Shown here in pieces: positions 1 to 9,193 of a stretch of DNA of 55,374 nucleotides; position 1 is the first letter of the stretch; each line of letters opens with the position of its first letter. The DNA lies in the IMG/VR virus record IMGVR_UViG_3300005529_001081, positions 1 through 55,374 of that record. The stretch is one strand, 5' to 3'. Both the position numbers and the translations under genes were made by a program. The stretch is from a virus (lineage: Duplodnaviria; Caudoviricetes). The notes under the pieces are model-generated. The model saw only the letters and a list, made by a program, of their open reading frames with translations. It was not told where the DNA came from and searched no databases.

Positions 1-183
1 TCAAATTAGGACACTACCCAACAGACCGTTGGCCCTGATGTACGAATCCAGGAAGTCGTCGGCTGTAACCCACTGCTCGAAATAACCCTTCCCTTCACAG
101 GTCATGCACGTCGACCCGGAGCCTGGAGCCTCGCCGGTTCCGTTGCAGGCGTAGCATCGATCGCGCGTCAAAATCTCCGTCAT
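1..183 (-). CDS. Small DnaJ-type zinc-finger protein
   Basis: Two CxxCxGxG motifs (CYACNGTG, CMTCEGKG); 4-bp overlap with the upstream gene. Confidence 0.7.
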   Translation of the reverse strand: MTEILTRDRCYACNGTGEAPGSGSTCMTCEGKGYFEQWVTADDFLDSYIRANGLLGSVLI

Positions 184-728
184 TTGGTCGCCTCCACGTT
201 CAGCGCCGCGCCCTGCGTGCCGTACCAGGTGTCCCCGATCAGCCGATAAGTTCGGACATTCATGAACTCGGTGATGTATACACGCGCTTCCGAAAGTCCG
301 TACTGCTCAAAGCTCAGCCGGGATTCGACAACGCTTTCGAGAGACCCGCGTTCTAGCTGAGCACTGTCGTGCTCGGAGATATATCGCGCGATCTCCGCGC
401 GCGCCAGGTTCTGCAGCGTGTCCTCGGCGTGGTGAAGACCGGTGTACAGCTTCTGGATGTTTTTGATCGAGTATCCGAGCGAGGCGGCATAGGTGATCGG
501 ACGCTGATCTTTCGACATCACCGTAGCCCGCCCGACCTGGCTGACTCGCAAGCGCACACTCTGCGTAAATACGCTGTCGATCGGAGAGAAGCGCCAGTGC
601 AGGCCTGGCTCAAGCAACTGCACCTCGGTTCCCAGGCGAACCCGCATCACCTGCTCCCAGGGCTGCACGATAACCCATAGCCTAAAGACATCCAGGAACT
701 GCCGGAGGGCCTGAATCAGTTCGTTCAC
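180..728 (-). CDS. SPFH/Band 7 domain protein
   Basis: IVQPWEQVMRVRLG...LEPGLHW N-terminal SPFH pattern. Confidence 0.85.
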   Translation of the reverse strand: MNELIQALRQFLDVFRLWVIVQPWEQVMRVRLGTEVQLLEPGLHWRFSPIDSVFTQSVRLRVSQVGRATVMSKDQRPITYAASLGYSIKNIQKLYTGLHHAEDTLQNLARAEIARYISEHDSAQLERGSLESVVESRLSFEQYGLSEARVYITEFMNVRTYRLIGDTWYGTQGAALNVEATK

Positions 729-1126
729 GCGTATCTCCAGTGAATCAAATGCCCCTGAAACGGAAATGTCCGTTCGCGCCAGAACTCCGCGGCCTGGTGC
801 ATGTGCTGGTAGGTCTCACCGGTTTTGTCGCGAAATCCGTCCCTCTCAAACAGCGCATCGGCCTCTTCGTCTGTCAGCCGCACGGAATCGATCGTTACGA
901 CCAGCGGCGCGTGCACGTTCCACTCGCGATAATCGATGACGATCGCTTCGACGCGAACGCACGGGAAACGGCCGAGCAGCCGCATGGTCTTCTGGCGCGG
1001 ATCCACATAACAGTGGCATGTCTCGCCCACGCGCGGCTGATTCTTTCGCGCGCCGCGGATCGTGTGCGTTTTGGTCCCGTCCTCGACGAAGGGTGCGAAC
1101 CGGCGTTTGAATCCCAGCAGCATCAC
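725..1126 (-). CDS. ASCH/PUA-like domain protein
   Basis: LGFKRRF...GTKTHTIR and RDGF motifs typical of ASCH. Confidence 0.8.
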   Translation of the reverse strand: MMLLGFKRRFAPFVEDGTKTHTIRGARKNQPRVGETCHCYVDPRQKTMRLLGRFPCVRVEAIVIDYREWNVHAPLVVTIDSVRLTDEEADALFERDGFRDKTGETYQHMHQAAEFWRERTFPFQGHLIHWRYA

Positions 1127-2436
1127 CCGGCCCCCGCAGCTCTTTGCTTCATGGTTTTGGGCTTTATCACTTTTTTGTTATACGGGCCCTCTTCGCGCGC
1201 CGGAGGCTTGCGCCCGGCAGCCCGGCCTGCGGACCGGGCCGCTCGCTTGAGCGCCGCATCCAGGCGCGCCGTAATCGTCCTCCTGAGATCGACATCGTCT
1301 CCGCCGTACATCATCGTCGTGCGGATGTCAGAGTGCCCTAGCATGGCCATCTGGTCGCTCGGGCTGGCGCGCTCGCGGCGCAAGAGCGCCGCGTGCGTGT
1401 GCCGAAAGACGTGCCAGCCCAGGCGCAGGCCCAGCTTCTGGCCCGCCGGGCGCAGCACCCGGTTCGACAGATTGTGGGCGTCAACCGGAGTCCCGCGGCG
1501 CGATACGAAGACCGGGTCCTCTGCCCCTGTGAACGTCCCGCGGCCATTCAATTCGCGGAGCGTCTTTTCCATCTCGGCCGTCACGGGCAGCGTCCGGCGC
1601 CGGGCCGAGGCTTTGAGCGTCCCTTCGGCGCCTTCGCGCCACTGCCGGCGCACGGCGATCGCCCGCGGCGGAACCGGCTCGCCGTCGACCATGATCCACT
1701 TCGTCCGCGAGAGATTTACGTGCTTCCATTGCAGGCCGCAAAGCTCGGCGATGTTCATCGACGTCATCACCGCCATGTAGGCCAGCTCGCGCGCAGGGCT
1801 CGATAGGAGGGCGAGCACTTGCTGGACCTGGTCTGCCGTCAGCGCCTGGCGCGGCGCGCGCTTCATCTGAGGCAGCCGGACGTACCGCGCCGGATTTTCG
1901 CCTGGATAGAGGCGGCAGGCCTTGGCGTGCTCGAACAGCGCGCTGGCGGCATTTTTCAGGTGCACCGCCGACTGGACACTGTAGGGGACCTCTGGCCCAT
2001 TTTTTGAGCGGCGGTACGTTTTCTTGAGTAGGTCGGAGCACAGCTGCTGGATGTGCTCGCGCCGTACTTCCCGCAAGGCCAACTTGCCGATCGCGCTCTC
2101 GATGTGAGCGAGCTGCACGCGATAGTGCACGCGGCCGCCTGGCTTGAGCATCATGACGTGCTCGGGTTCGAATTTCCGCGCGATGAAATCCGAGACGCGC
2201 ATCAGCGACTCGGGCTGCCGGTCGATCAGGTTGACTTCCTTCAGCTGCTCTGCGGCGCGCCGCCCGGCTTCCTTCTTCGTGATCCGCAGTTTTCCCCGCG
2301 CCAGGCCCACGACCGTCGACGGCCGCGCGCGCTTGACCGTGCCGTCCTCGAGCACGATGTCCTCATACCAGCGCAGGCGCCAGTAGTTGCCGTCTCTGTA
2401 GAGCGTTCCGGTGCGCTGGAAGCGGCGGCGAGCCAT
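1123..2436 (-). CDS. int: Tyrosine integrase
   Basis: Arm-binding N-terminus MARRRFQ...; HVFRHT, LGHS and catalytic Y (TTMMY); start chosen at the ATG after the GAGGAGG RBS. Box I reads TSMNIAEL, with N where R is usual. Confidence 0.9.
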   Translation of the reverse strand: MARRRFQRTGTLYRDGNYWRLRWYEDIVLEDGTVKRARPSTVVGLARGKLRITKKEAGRRAAEQLKEVNLIDRQPESLMRVSDFIARKFEPEHVMMLKPGGRVHYRVQLAHIESAIGKLALREVRREHIQQLCSDLLKKTYRRSKNGPEVPYSVQSAVHLKNAASALFEHAKACRLYPGENPARYVRLPQMKRAPRQALTADQVQQVLALLSSPARELAYMAVMTSMNIAELCGLQWKHVNLSRTKWIMVDGEPVPPRAIAVRRQWREGAEGTLKASARRRTLPVTAEMEKTLRELNGRGTFTGAEDPVFVSRRGTPVDAHNLSNRVLRPAGQKLGLRLGWHVFRHTHAALLRRERASPSDQMAMLGHSDIRTTMMYGGDDVDLRRTITARLDAALKRAARSAGRAAGRKPPAREEGPYNKKVIKPKTMKQRAAGAG

Positions 2437-2530
2437 ATCCTGTTCCTCCTCGATTGGGGTGGGGAACAGCATATCGAAATCCGGGCGCTCTCTGTCGATC
2501 GCTCCCATATTGGTCGCCGCCGCGCTGACT

Positions 2531-2797
2531 CTACTCCGCGAATCCGTATAGCTGGGTGACAGCGATTTGAATCGTCTGCAACTCGCCTTCCTCCGACTTG
2601 CTGGCCGAGCCGTTGGCTTCGACACGCACCAGAATATCCTTGCGCGTGTTGCCCTCGACGGCTTTCTTCACCAGGGCAGCGGCAGAGTCTTTGAGTTCCG
2701 CCTCGGTTCCCTGCAAATAGGTGATGCGCGCCAGATCAGCTTCCACTTTCGCGGCCACGCGTGCGGGCTTGCCGATTGCGCTAATGCTCCATGACAT
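2531..2797 (-). CDS. Hypothetical protein
   Basis: AAAGGAG RBS; co-oriented with the operon. Confidence 0.7.
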   Translation of the reverse strand: MSWSISAIGKPARVAAKVEADLARITYLQGTEAELKDSAAALVKKAVEGNTRKDILVRVEANGSASKSEEGELQTIQIAVTQLYGFAE

Positions 2798-2845
2798 GCT
2801 GATTTTCTCCTTTCGCCTTGAAAATGCAAAGACCTCCCGGCCGGT

Positions 2846-3148
2846 TTACGCTCCCTTGGCGATGGCTTTGAGCCCCGGCTGCGGTTTCGATTGGCCCGCT
2901 GCGAGCTCGTGCCGCCGCGGGCCTTCTTCCGCCTGGAAGAAATGTGTTCCCGGAGCCACTCGCTCAAGATCCCGCGCATTCACCGCCTTGACCAGGTCGA
3001 CCTCGACCTTGGCCGAATTGATGATGGTCTGGGCGACGTCCGAGATCACCCGGGCGCGCTCGAGCTCCATCGGTTTGTCCGGGTCTTTCAGTGCCTCTAA
3101 CGTTTCGAACAGGTGATCACGCAGATCGCTGATTTTGTTCTTGGCCAT
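2846..3148 (-). CDS. Conserved phage protein usually found next to an HNH gene
   Basis: KNKISDLRDHLFETLEAL...IINSAKVEV pattern; GGAGG RBS. Confidence 0.75.
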   Translation of the reverse strand: MAKNKISDLRDHLFETLEALKDPDKPMELERARVISDVAQTIINSAKVEVDLVKAVNARDLERVAPGTHFFQAEEGPRRHELAAGQSKPQPGLKAIAKGA

Positions 3149-3794
3149 GGGTCCTCCTTCTGATCTGGCGCTTCAGGGCGCCGGCTAGTTGAATGGTGCT
3201 GGCGAGCTCGGGCGGAAGATTCCAGATGCTGTTACGACGCGCATTTTCGGCCATCGAAATGAGCTCCAGGTTTTCGATCGCGCAGTGCGCGCGGTCTCGG
3301 TCTTTGAACCGGACAACGTGATTTGGCGGAATCGGTCCGTGGTGTTGCTCCCACACCTGGTGGTGTAGAAGTGGCCAGACCTGCTTGTCCCAGCCTGGCT
3401 TGTCGCCCGGCCTCCGTTCGCGCACCTTTATACGCAAGAAGCCTTCAGAGTCGGCCAGGATAGTTCCAACCGGTCTCCAGGTGTTGGTGCGCTGCCCCTT
3501 CTTGAATTGCGTCTCGCGCATGCGGCCGCGGAACCAGCCTGGCCGGCGCAGGCCCTTGTTCGCCGGAGCATGCCCTTTTTGAAATCGGAAGGCCGCGCCG
3601 ATCCGAGAGCCTTTCTGCAGCCGGCAGTATTTTCTTAGATACTGCGGATTCTTCTTGAGACCGAGCTTTCTTCCGATCCCCTGGATCGAACTGATCGTTC
3701 GCCGGACTCGCTTCGCAATCGCAGCCGCGGAATGGTTCGGCCAAAGCCCGGTGATGATGCGCAGCTCCGCGGGCGTAAAGGGGCGCCCGTTCAT
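3117..3794 (-). CDS. HNH endonuclease
   Basis: FQKGHAPANKG and FKKG motifs; HHQVWEQHHGPIP...FKDRD...NLELIS..EN HNH_3-like domain. Confidence 0.85.
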   Translation of the reverse strand: MNGRPFTPAELRIITGLWPNHSAAAIAKRVRRTISSIQGIGRKLGLKKNPQYLRKYCRLQKGSRIGAAFRFQKGHAPANKGLRRPGWFRGRMRETQFKKGQRTNTWRPVGTILADSEGFLRIKVRERRPGDKPGWDKQVWPLLHHQVWEQHHGPIPPNHVVRFKDRDRAHCAIENLELISMAENARRNSIWNLPPELASTIQLAGALKRQIRRRTHGQEQNQRSA

Positions 3795-4096
3795 GCTGAG
3801 ACCTTTCCGGTGCGGAGTCCCGCCTCATGCGCGATGTGCTTTTGGGCGAGTTTCCGGATTTCTAGAATCCGCTCGGCCACGCCGCACAGGTACCGCAGAT
3901 TCACTTTGCCCTTCCGAATTTCCTCGAGGCTCATGAAGTGCGGCAGGATCGCGTCCGCGGTTCCATCCCATTGCGGCCGGGATACTTCGACGTAGCGCTC
4001 GAGCAGCGCGGCGAGCTCTTCGTCGAGGCAGAAAGCCGCGAACAGCGAGATCCGCTCCTGGATCATCAGCGTTTCGGCTTCGGTGAGCTTCTTCAT
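3791..4096 (-). CDS. Hypothetical protein
   Basis: 4-bp overlaps with both neighbours. Confidence 0.65.
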   Translation of the reverse strand: MKKLTEAETLMIQERISLFAAFCLDEELAALLERYVEVSRPQWDGTADAILPHFMSLEEIRKGKVNLRYLCGVAERILEIRKLAQKHIAHEAGLRTGKVSA

Positions 4097-5811
4097 CCGA
4101 ACAGCTCCGGAGCGGCGCGCACGCCGCCTTTTTCGGCGATCACCAGCTGGCGGGCGGCCAGGCGCTGAATGTAGGTATCGCGCGAGGACCGCTGGTATTC
4201 AGACAGCTCGCCGATGGTGTCGCGATCGACGAGCTCGCCTTGGGCGTCCGCCAGGATCTCGAGAATTCGCTTTTCCCCAGCCGGCAATCGATCGAGCCAA
4301 TGGGCCAGCAATTCGGATCCGGTGGGCAGCGGCTCGAAATCTCCCAGAGCGGCGATGCCCTCCTCGGTCGGCCGCGGGTCCGCGGACAGATCCACAAATC
4401 CTTTTGCAGCCAACCGCTGCAGATATGTATCGCGCGAGCTGCGCTTATAGCCGGTCAGAACGGTCAGCTGCGGCTTGGTGACCTGCCCGTGCTGCGCTAC
4501 CGCGGCGAGAATCTTGCGCTCGCCGGCCGGCAGCTCGGCTGTACCTTCGGAGCTATTACCAACCCGTATATTACGAGTTCGGGAAGGGGCGGGAGCCGCA
4601 GGCCTGGCCGGCCCCGGCTTGATGGGCGTACCTGTGCTTCGCTCGGGCCGTTGGCTCGCGCGCTGATACGCGGCCGCAGAGCGCGCGTTCGCGACCGCGT
4701 GCAGAATTTCCCGGCCGATGGTCTCGAGCCGCGCGAGCGCTTCCTCGGAGACCACCTGGACCTCGACCGGCTTCTCGATGATCTTCTCTATCGGAGTCTG
4801 CGGCCTGCGCTCGAGCTCGGCCTTGAGCCGCGCGGCCTCCTTCTGCGCATCGGCCAGCTTGCGGCGCAGCTCGCGCGGATCTTCAGCCTTCGCTTTCTCA
4901 ATGGTCTCGGCGAGGCGCTGCTCCAGGCGCGCCAAGTCGACCGCAGCCAGTTTCCGCGGCGCCGCGCGCGTGCCCCCGACCTCGGGAGTTGCCGAGGAGT
5001 CAAATGTTTCGAGCTTCCGGACCTTAACGCACTGAAACAGGTCAAGCCAGGCCGGGCTCCAGAACCAGGCTTTCTCGACCGCGAGCGATGCGAGCGAATT
5101 CATCATCAGCGCCTGCTTCTCCGGTGTCCCGTGCACTTTCACCCAGGCCTCGATCGCCGCGCGGTCCTGCGGCGCGATCGTGCGCTTGGCAATCAGCACT
5201 TCGATCTGCGTGAGCAGATCCTTGTTGATCGATGCCGACCGCTGCGTAATCATCGTGACCCCGATCCCGCGGGCCCGCCCTCGGCGAACCAGGTCTTCCA
5301 TCGCGCCCAGGAGTCGCGGGGCGAGATTCCCTACCGGCCGCTGCGGCGCCCAGGCGTCGGCCTCATCGATGAACAGGTGGAGTGCTTCGCGATTCAAACG
5401 GTAGAGCGATTCGGCGAAGCCGATCATGAACTGCGTCTGCTCGCCCTTGCGGAAGCGCGAGAGATCGATCACCACCGAAATCTTTTCTTCGACCAGGAAG
5501 CGCGCGATCTCCTCGCCGGCTTTCTCGGTTGCCTGGAGCGGCAGGTCGCCATAATCGCCGCCGAGAACGGTGATCGGCAGCCCAGGAGATTTGCCGGAAG
5601 CCGCCAGGCGCAGGCCCCACCAGTTGCCGATCGGATCCACAGCGCAGACGTGCGCATTGGCGCCGAGCATCTCCTCAGCCAGTACTTTGGCGGTGTAGGA
5701 TTTTCCGCCGCCGCGCTTCCCCAGAATCCCGAAGGTCTGCGTGACCGCCTCGAGCGGCAGAGTTAAGTCCGAAGCGATTTGTAGGGCATTCGGCGCCGCT
5801 GCCGGCATCAC
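4093..5811 (-). CDS. HerA/FtsK-like P-loop ATPase with coiled coil and two C-terminal winged-helix repeats
   Basis: Walker A GKRGGGKS, Walker B FIDEAD, GRARG, ITQR; duplicated LPAGE..IL...RSSRDTY.QRLAA. Confidence 0.85.
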   Translation of the reverse strand: MMPAAAPNALQIASDLTLPLEAVTQTFGILGKRGGGKSYTAKVLAEEMLGANAHVCAVDPIGNWWGLRLAASGKSPGLPITVLGGDYGDLPLQATEKAGEEIARFLVEEKISVVIDLSRFRKGEQTQFMIGFAESLYRLNREALHLFIDEADAWAPQRPVGNLAPRLLGAMEDLVRRGRARGIGVTMITQRSASINKDLLTQIEVLIAKRTIAPQDRAAIEAWVKVHGTPEKQALMMNSLASLAVEKAWFWSPAWLDLFQCVKVRKLETFDSSATPEVGGTRAAPRKLAAVDLARLEQRLAETIEKAKAEDPRELRRKLADAQKEAARLKAELERRPQTPIEKIIEKPVEVQVVSEEALARLETIGREILHAVANARSAAAYQRASQRPERSTGTPIKPGPARPAAPAPSRTRNIRVGNSSEGTAELPAGERKILAAVAQHGQVTKPQLTVLTGYKRSSRDTYLQRLAAKGFVDLSADPRPTEEGIAALGDFEPLPTGSELLAHWLDRLPAGEKRILEILADAQGELVDRDTIGELSEYQRSSRDTYIQRLAARQLVIAEKGGVRAAPELFG

Positions 5812-6074
5812 GCGTGATTCTCCTGGAAAAAAGCCGCCGGGCCCAGAATTCGCAGGCGCTCGAGGCCTGGCAAAACGTTCTGACGCTTGCGGGCCTGCTC
5901 TATAAGCACTGCATCCATTCGGCCACGAAGCACCTGGCGCGTGGATTCAGTGATCACCAGCGCTTGTACCAGGGCCTTCAGGGTGCATGGCGGCAGCAGG
6001 TCGAGACGGCATGGTTTCAGCAGCCGCAAAGATTCCTCGATGCGCGCTCGCAGGATGGATTCGGCCATGCTCAT
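5808..6074 (-). CDS. Hypothetical protein
   Basis: Translationally coupled chain of small ORFs. Confidence 0.6.
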   Translation of the reverse strand: MSMAESILRARIEESLRLLKPCRLDLLPPCTLKALVQALVITESTRQVLRGRMDAVLIEQARKRQNVLPGLERLRILGPAAFFQENHA

Positions 6075-6376
6075 GCCGGCGCCGCCTTCGATTTGGCTGG
6101 CTCAACTGGATCCGCATCGGCGAATGCTTCGGCCGTCTTCGCGAAGCGGGCCGCTGCGCGCGACATCACTCTTGCGCCCTCACGAGCCCCCTTCGAGGAC
6201 ATGCAGACTTCGTGGAACAAGAGAAGAAGATGCTTGAACTCGCTCTTCATCAGGAAGTAGAGCTCGAGCCGGCATGTTGGCAGAGACGTAGGATCGCCTG
6301 GCTGCTCTCGTAGCTCAGGCCGCTCCACACCGTGGAGCGGATCGGGAAAAGCATGGCCGTTGTGCACAGAGCTCAT
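6071..6376 (-). CDS. Hypothetical protein
   Basis: 4-bp overlaps with neighbours. Confidence 0.6.
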   Translation of the reverse strand: MSSVHNGHAFPDPLHGVERPELREQPGDPTSLPTCRLELYFLMKSEFKHLLLLFHEVCMSSKGAREGARVMSRAAARFAKTAEAFADADPVEPAKSKAAPA

Positions 6377-6618
6377 CGGGCGGATCGAACCTTTCTGGAT
6401 CCGGCAGATGCGATCGCCTTGGCCTGTGGCTTCCTGAGAAGCTGTAATTGCCGCGCGCGTGCGCCACGGGCGAGGGCGCTTTTTTGGGCTGATTCGTTAT
6501 CAAGAGCGGCGACCGCAAGGCGCTGTGTTTCGGCGGGAGGACCTGCGAAATAGCGCTCAAAAGTCAGGTCGTCGACTTCGCCGCGCTCGCCGTTTTCGAA
6601 TGTGACCGCGATCTGCAT
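6373..6618 (-). CDS. Hypothetical protein
   Basis: Coupled to the downstream ORF. Confidence 0.6.
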   Translation of the reverse strand: MQIAVTFENGERGEVDDLTFERYFAGPPAETQRLAVAALDNESAQKSALARGARARQLQLLRKPQAKAIASAGSRKVRSAR

Positions 6619-6621
6619 GCT

Positions 6622-6891
6622 TCACGCGCTAAACACGCGGCTGCCAGATCGCCGCTTGCTGGAGAGATCAGACCCATTGCGCGCGGGAATATTGAGGCGC
6701 TTTTCCCACAGGGTCAGTGCCCTTATGTAAACATCGCGAGAGCGATCGAGAGCTTCCGCCCGCGCGAGATACCGCGCTGCGATCTTTCTGAGCGCCTCCG
6801 GGTGGTTCCACAGCCCAATCCACAGGGCGGCCGCACACAGCGCCGCGACAACTAGCATCCAGTTGATTCCAACGCCGAGGTCTGCCGTCAT
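6622..6891 (-). CDS. Small membrane protein
   Basis: N-terminal hydrophobic helix WMLVVAALCAAALWIGLW. Confidence 0.6.
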   Translation of the reverse strand: MTADLGVGINWMLVVAALCAAALWIGLWNHPEALRKIAARYLARAEALDRSRDVYIRALTLWEKRLNIPARNGSDLSSKRRSGSRVFSA

Positions 6892-7136
6892 ACGCGTTCG
6901 GCCTTCGCAGCTTGGTCGAGAAGGCCTGCGGATGCTAGGCGTCCATATTCTGCGCGATAAATGCGGATCGCTTCGGCGAGAGATCGCCGCGCCACCTGAA
7001 TCTGGATCCCGCCGCCTTCGCCTCCGGCCAGCATGTAGGTCTCGCCCCGCTTCTCGAGACGAATCTTAAGCTTTGGGCAGCCCATCGCGAGCTGCTCGAT
7101 CTTTTCGGATTCGTACGGAGTATTTCGGATCGCCAC
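6888..7136 (-). CDS. Hypothetical protein
   Basis: GTG start; coupled to the downstream ORF. Confidence 0.55.
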   Translation of the reverse strand: MAIRNTPYESEKIEQLAMGCPKLKIRLEKRGETYMLAGGEGGGIQIQVARRSLAEAIRIYRAEYGRLASAGLLDQAAKAERV

Positions 7137-7159
7137 GAAGGAAATGTGCTACTGAAGCA

Positions 7160-7188
7160 GGCCAGCTCGAACCCTCATCGAGCTGGCC
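7160..7188. terminator. Stem-loop (possible terminator or processing site)
   Basis: GGCCAGCTCGA-ACCCTCA-TCGAGCTGGCC perfect 11-bp stem in an intergenic gap. Confidence 0.45.
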
Positions 7189-7263
7189 GACTGTTCATGG
7201 TTTGTCCGGGACATCCAGGCCGGCCCGGTTTCGCCTCTTTCCCGCATAGCCAGCGGAGAAATT

Positions 7264-7776
7264 CTATGGCGACGCAGGTTGCTGCGCCGCAGGCTTACAG
7301 TCGTCGAGATACCGCCCGAGCCTGAATCCGAGATTCCAAGCCCATCGCACCAGCGGAGTGTCGAACGGATTTCGAGCGTGCTGATTCTTCCCGTCCCGCA
7401 GGCGCCGATAACACCGCAGACCTTCGCGTTCGGAGAAGGCCAAGAAATCCTGCTCGCTCATCCCGTCCGGACTCTGCTCCTGATCGCGCGACAGGAAGTG
7501 ATAATGGACGCACTTCTCGCACGCCAGGCGAAGCCTGAACCCGTCGGCCTGGGAGTCGCGCCCGTTGAAGCCATCAATGCACAGCTCGCACAGCATCGCG
7601 CCCCAAGCGTCATGGGTGGGCTCGCAGCGGAAAAATACCTGCGCGCCGCCGAGAACGTGTACGCAGATTGCTACGCCCGAGACAGACTGCCCCGGATGGA
7701 TCCGGCATTCGACCTTTGGATGGTTGCACGGCCGAACCTCCGGCAGCTCCAGAACTTTTTCCGTGGAGCGTTTCAT
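7264..7776 (-). CDS. Cys/His-rich hypothetical protein
   Basis: CxxH, CxH and CxxC motifs; overlaps the rep stop codon. Confidence 0.6.
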   Translation of the reverse strand: MKRSTEKVLELPEVRPCNHPKVECRIHPGQSVSGVAICVHVLGGAQVFFRCEPTHDAWGAMLCELCIDGFNGRDSQADGFRLRLACEKCVHYHFLSRDQEQSPDGMSEQDFLAFSEREGLRCYRRLRDGKNQHARNPFDTPLVRWAWNLGFRLGRYLDDCKPAAQQPASP

Positions 7777-8915
7777 GACCCCTCTTCCACGATGAACTCC
7801 ACGCGCTGCACGCCGATCCCGAGATGGACAGCGGCGGCACGGATCTGGCCCGTGAATATTTCGCGGATATAATCCGCGGTCACTTGCTGCGGAACGCGAA
7901 TTGTTAGCACTGCACGCTCGTGCGAGCTGAAGGCGGTTTGCAGCAACCAGTTGCTGTATTCGGTCTCCGAAACCATTCGCTTCAGTTCGGCGCGGATTCG
8001 TGACCAGGGGCTCGACGAATCCTCCGGCTCAGCTTTGAAATTCTTCTTCTCTGCCGTAGCTTCCTGCTTCGGAGAAGGCGAAAGCACTTGCACCGCGGCG
8101 GCATATCCGTCGCGCGCCTCTTTCGCCAGCTTCGGGAAAAGGCCGCTTTGAACGCTGTGCCGGTCACGCCGGACGCGATTTCGTACGACCCCCATGAAAT
8201 GTTCAATGGGAGTCGGCCCCAGCTCGGCGGCGACGTCGTTGAGTAGCTTCTCATCAGGGACTTTGCCGAGGCCAAGATGGACGAACACCGGCGTCAAGGC
8301 TTCCCTGAGCTTCGGAACCAACACCGATACTGGAGTATCGGGGGTGGCCTTTAACCTGATGGAAACACTCAGACCATCGTCAGATATGGACTCGCTTACC
8401 CGAACCGATTCAGGAGCGTCGTATGTCACCGGAAGCTCGCCGCGCTCGACGATCGAACGAGGCAGCGAAACAACTACCGGAGCGGATGGCGTCCGCGACT
8501 TGTATTCCTGGCGGTCTAACGTCTTGGGCTCGAGCTTCGGAGCGGAGCGAAATTTTTCCACCAGAGCACGATACTCAAGACTGCGGCCCACGTCTCCGCG
8601 GGATTGGATAAGACCCAGCTCGTCCTCGAGCTGCCCGAGCGCCTTACGAACGCCGATGGCCGAAGCCGCGCACTCCTCCGCCAGCTCTGTGATCTCAAGC
8701 CTGGCCCAGTCTTGGTGTCCATCCGGAGATCCCCAGGTGTTCCGGAGAATAATCCCGACGATTTTGTAAGGAAGTCCGTCCAACCGCGCAGGAAGGAAAT
8801 CGAAATAATCGTTGGGTATCGAGGACCATCCGCCGCGAACCTTTGGGGATCTGCCACCGTTTTCGGAGCCGGCCTGCACGACGGATTTGCGCGCGGGAGC
8901 TGGTGCGGCGGCCAT
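7773..8915 (-). CDS. Replication initiator: N-terminal winged helix plus C-terminal DnaA domain I
   Basis: GWSSIPNDYFD/ILRNTWG phage-Rep N-terminus; WSRIRAELKRMVSETEYSNWL...LTIRVP...YI matches DnaA_N; ATG overlaps the upstream TAA. Confidence 0.8.
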   Translation of the reverse strand: MAAAPAPARKSVVQAGSENGGRSPKVRGGWSSIPNDYFDFLPARLDGLPYKIVGIILRNTWGSPDGHQDWARLEITELAEECAASAIGVRKALGQLEDELGLIQSRGDVGRSLEYRALVEKFRSAPKLEPKTLDRQEYKSRTPSAPVVVSLPRSIVERGELPVTYDAPESVRVSESISDDGLSVSIRLKATPDTPVSVLVPKLREALTPVFVHLGLGKVPDEKLLNDVAAELGPTPIEHFMGVVRNRVRRDRHSVQSGLFPKLAKEARDGYAAAVQVLSPSPKQEATAEKKNFKAEPEDSSSPWSRIRAELKRMVSETEYSNWLLQTAFSSHERAVLTIRVPQQVTADYIREIFTGQIRAAAVHLGIGVQRVEFIVEEGS

Positions 8916-9160
8916 TAGCGTGTAGCTCCCGCGGCCGCAGTTCCGAGCGCGTTCGCCATCGCGGAAACCGCGGCTTTGTGATCGCGCTCCATCTGTGCTT
9001 CCAGCGCGACGCTCCAGTGCACCACGCCCCCAAAAACGCCGCTCGTGTCGGAGAAGCACAGATCGGTGATCTTCCGCCAGCCGCGATCCACAAGAAACTT
9101 TCCGATCGATTCGATGGTGATCTCTGGCGCCGAGCTCGGATGCACAAATCCCTCCTGCAC
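8915..9160 (-). CDS. Hypothetical protein
   Basis: TAATG coupling to rep. Confidence 0.55.
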   Translation of the reverse strand: MQEGFVHPSSAPEITIESIGKFLVDRGWRKITDLCFSDTSGVFGGVVHWSVALEAQMERDHKAAVSAMANALGTAAAGATR

Positions 9161-9193
9161 TGATGGAGCACTTCCCGAGGCCCGCGATATAAA

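Noticed and set aside
2437-2625. N-terminal extension of the integrase in the ORF track
   Set aside because: It overlaps the upstream gene; a strong RBS supports the start at 2436
4240-5766. 508-aa plus-strand ORF
   Set aside because: Antisense shadow of the ATPase gene
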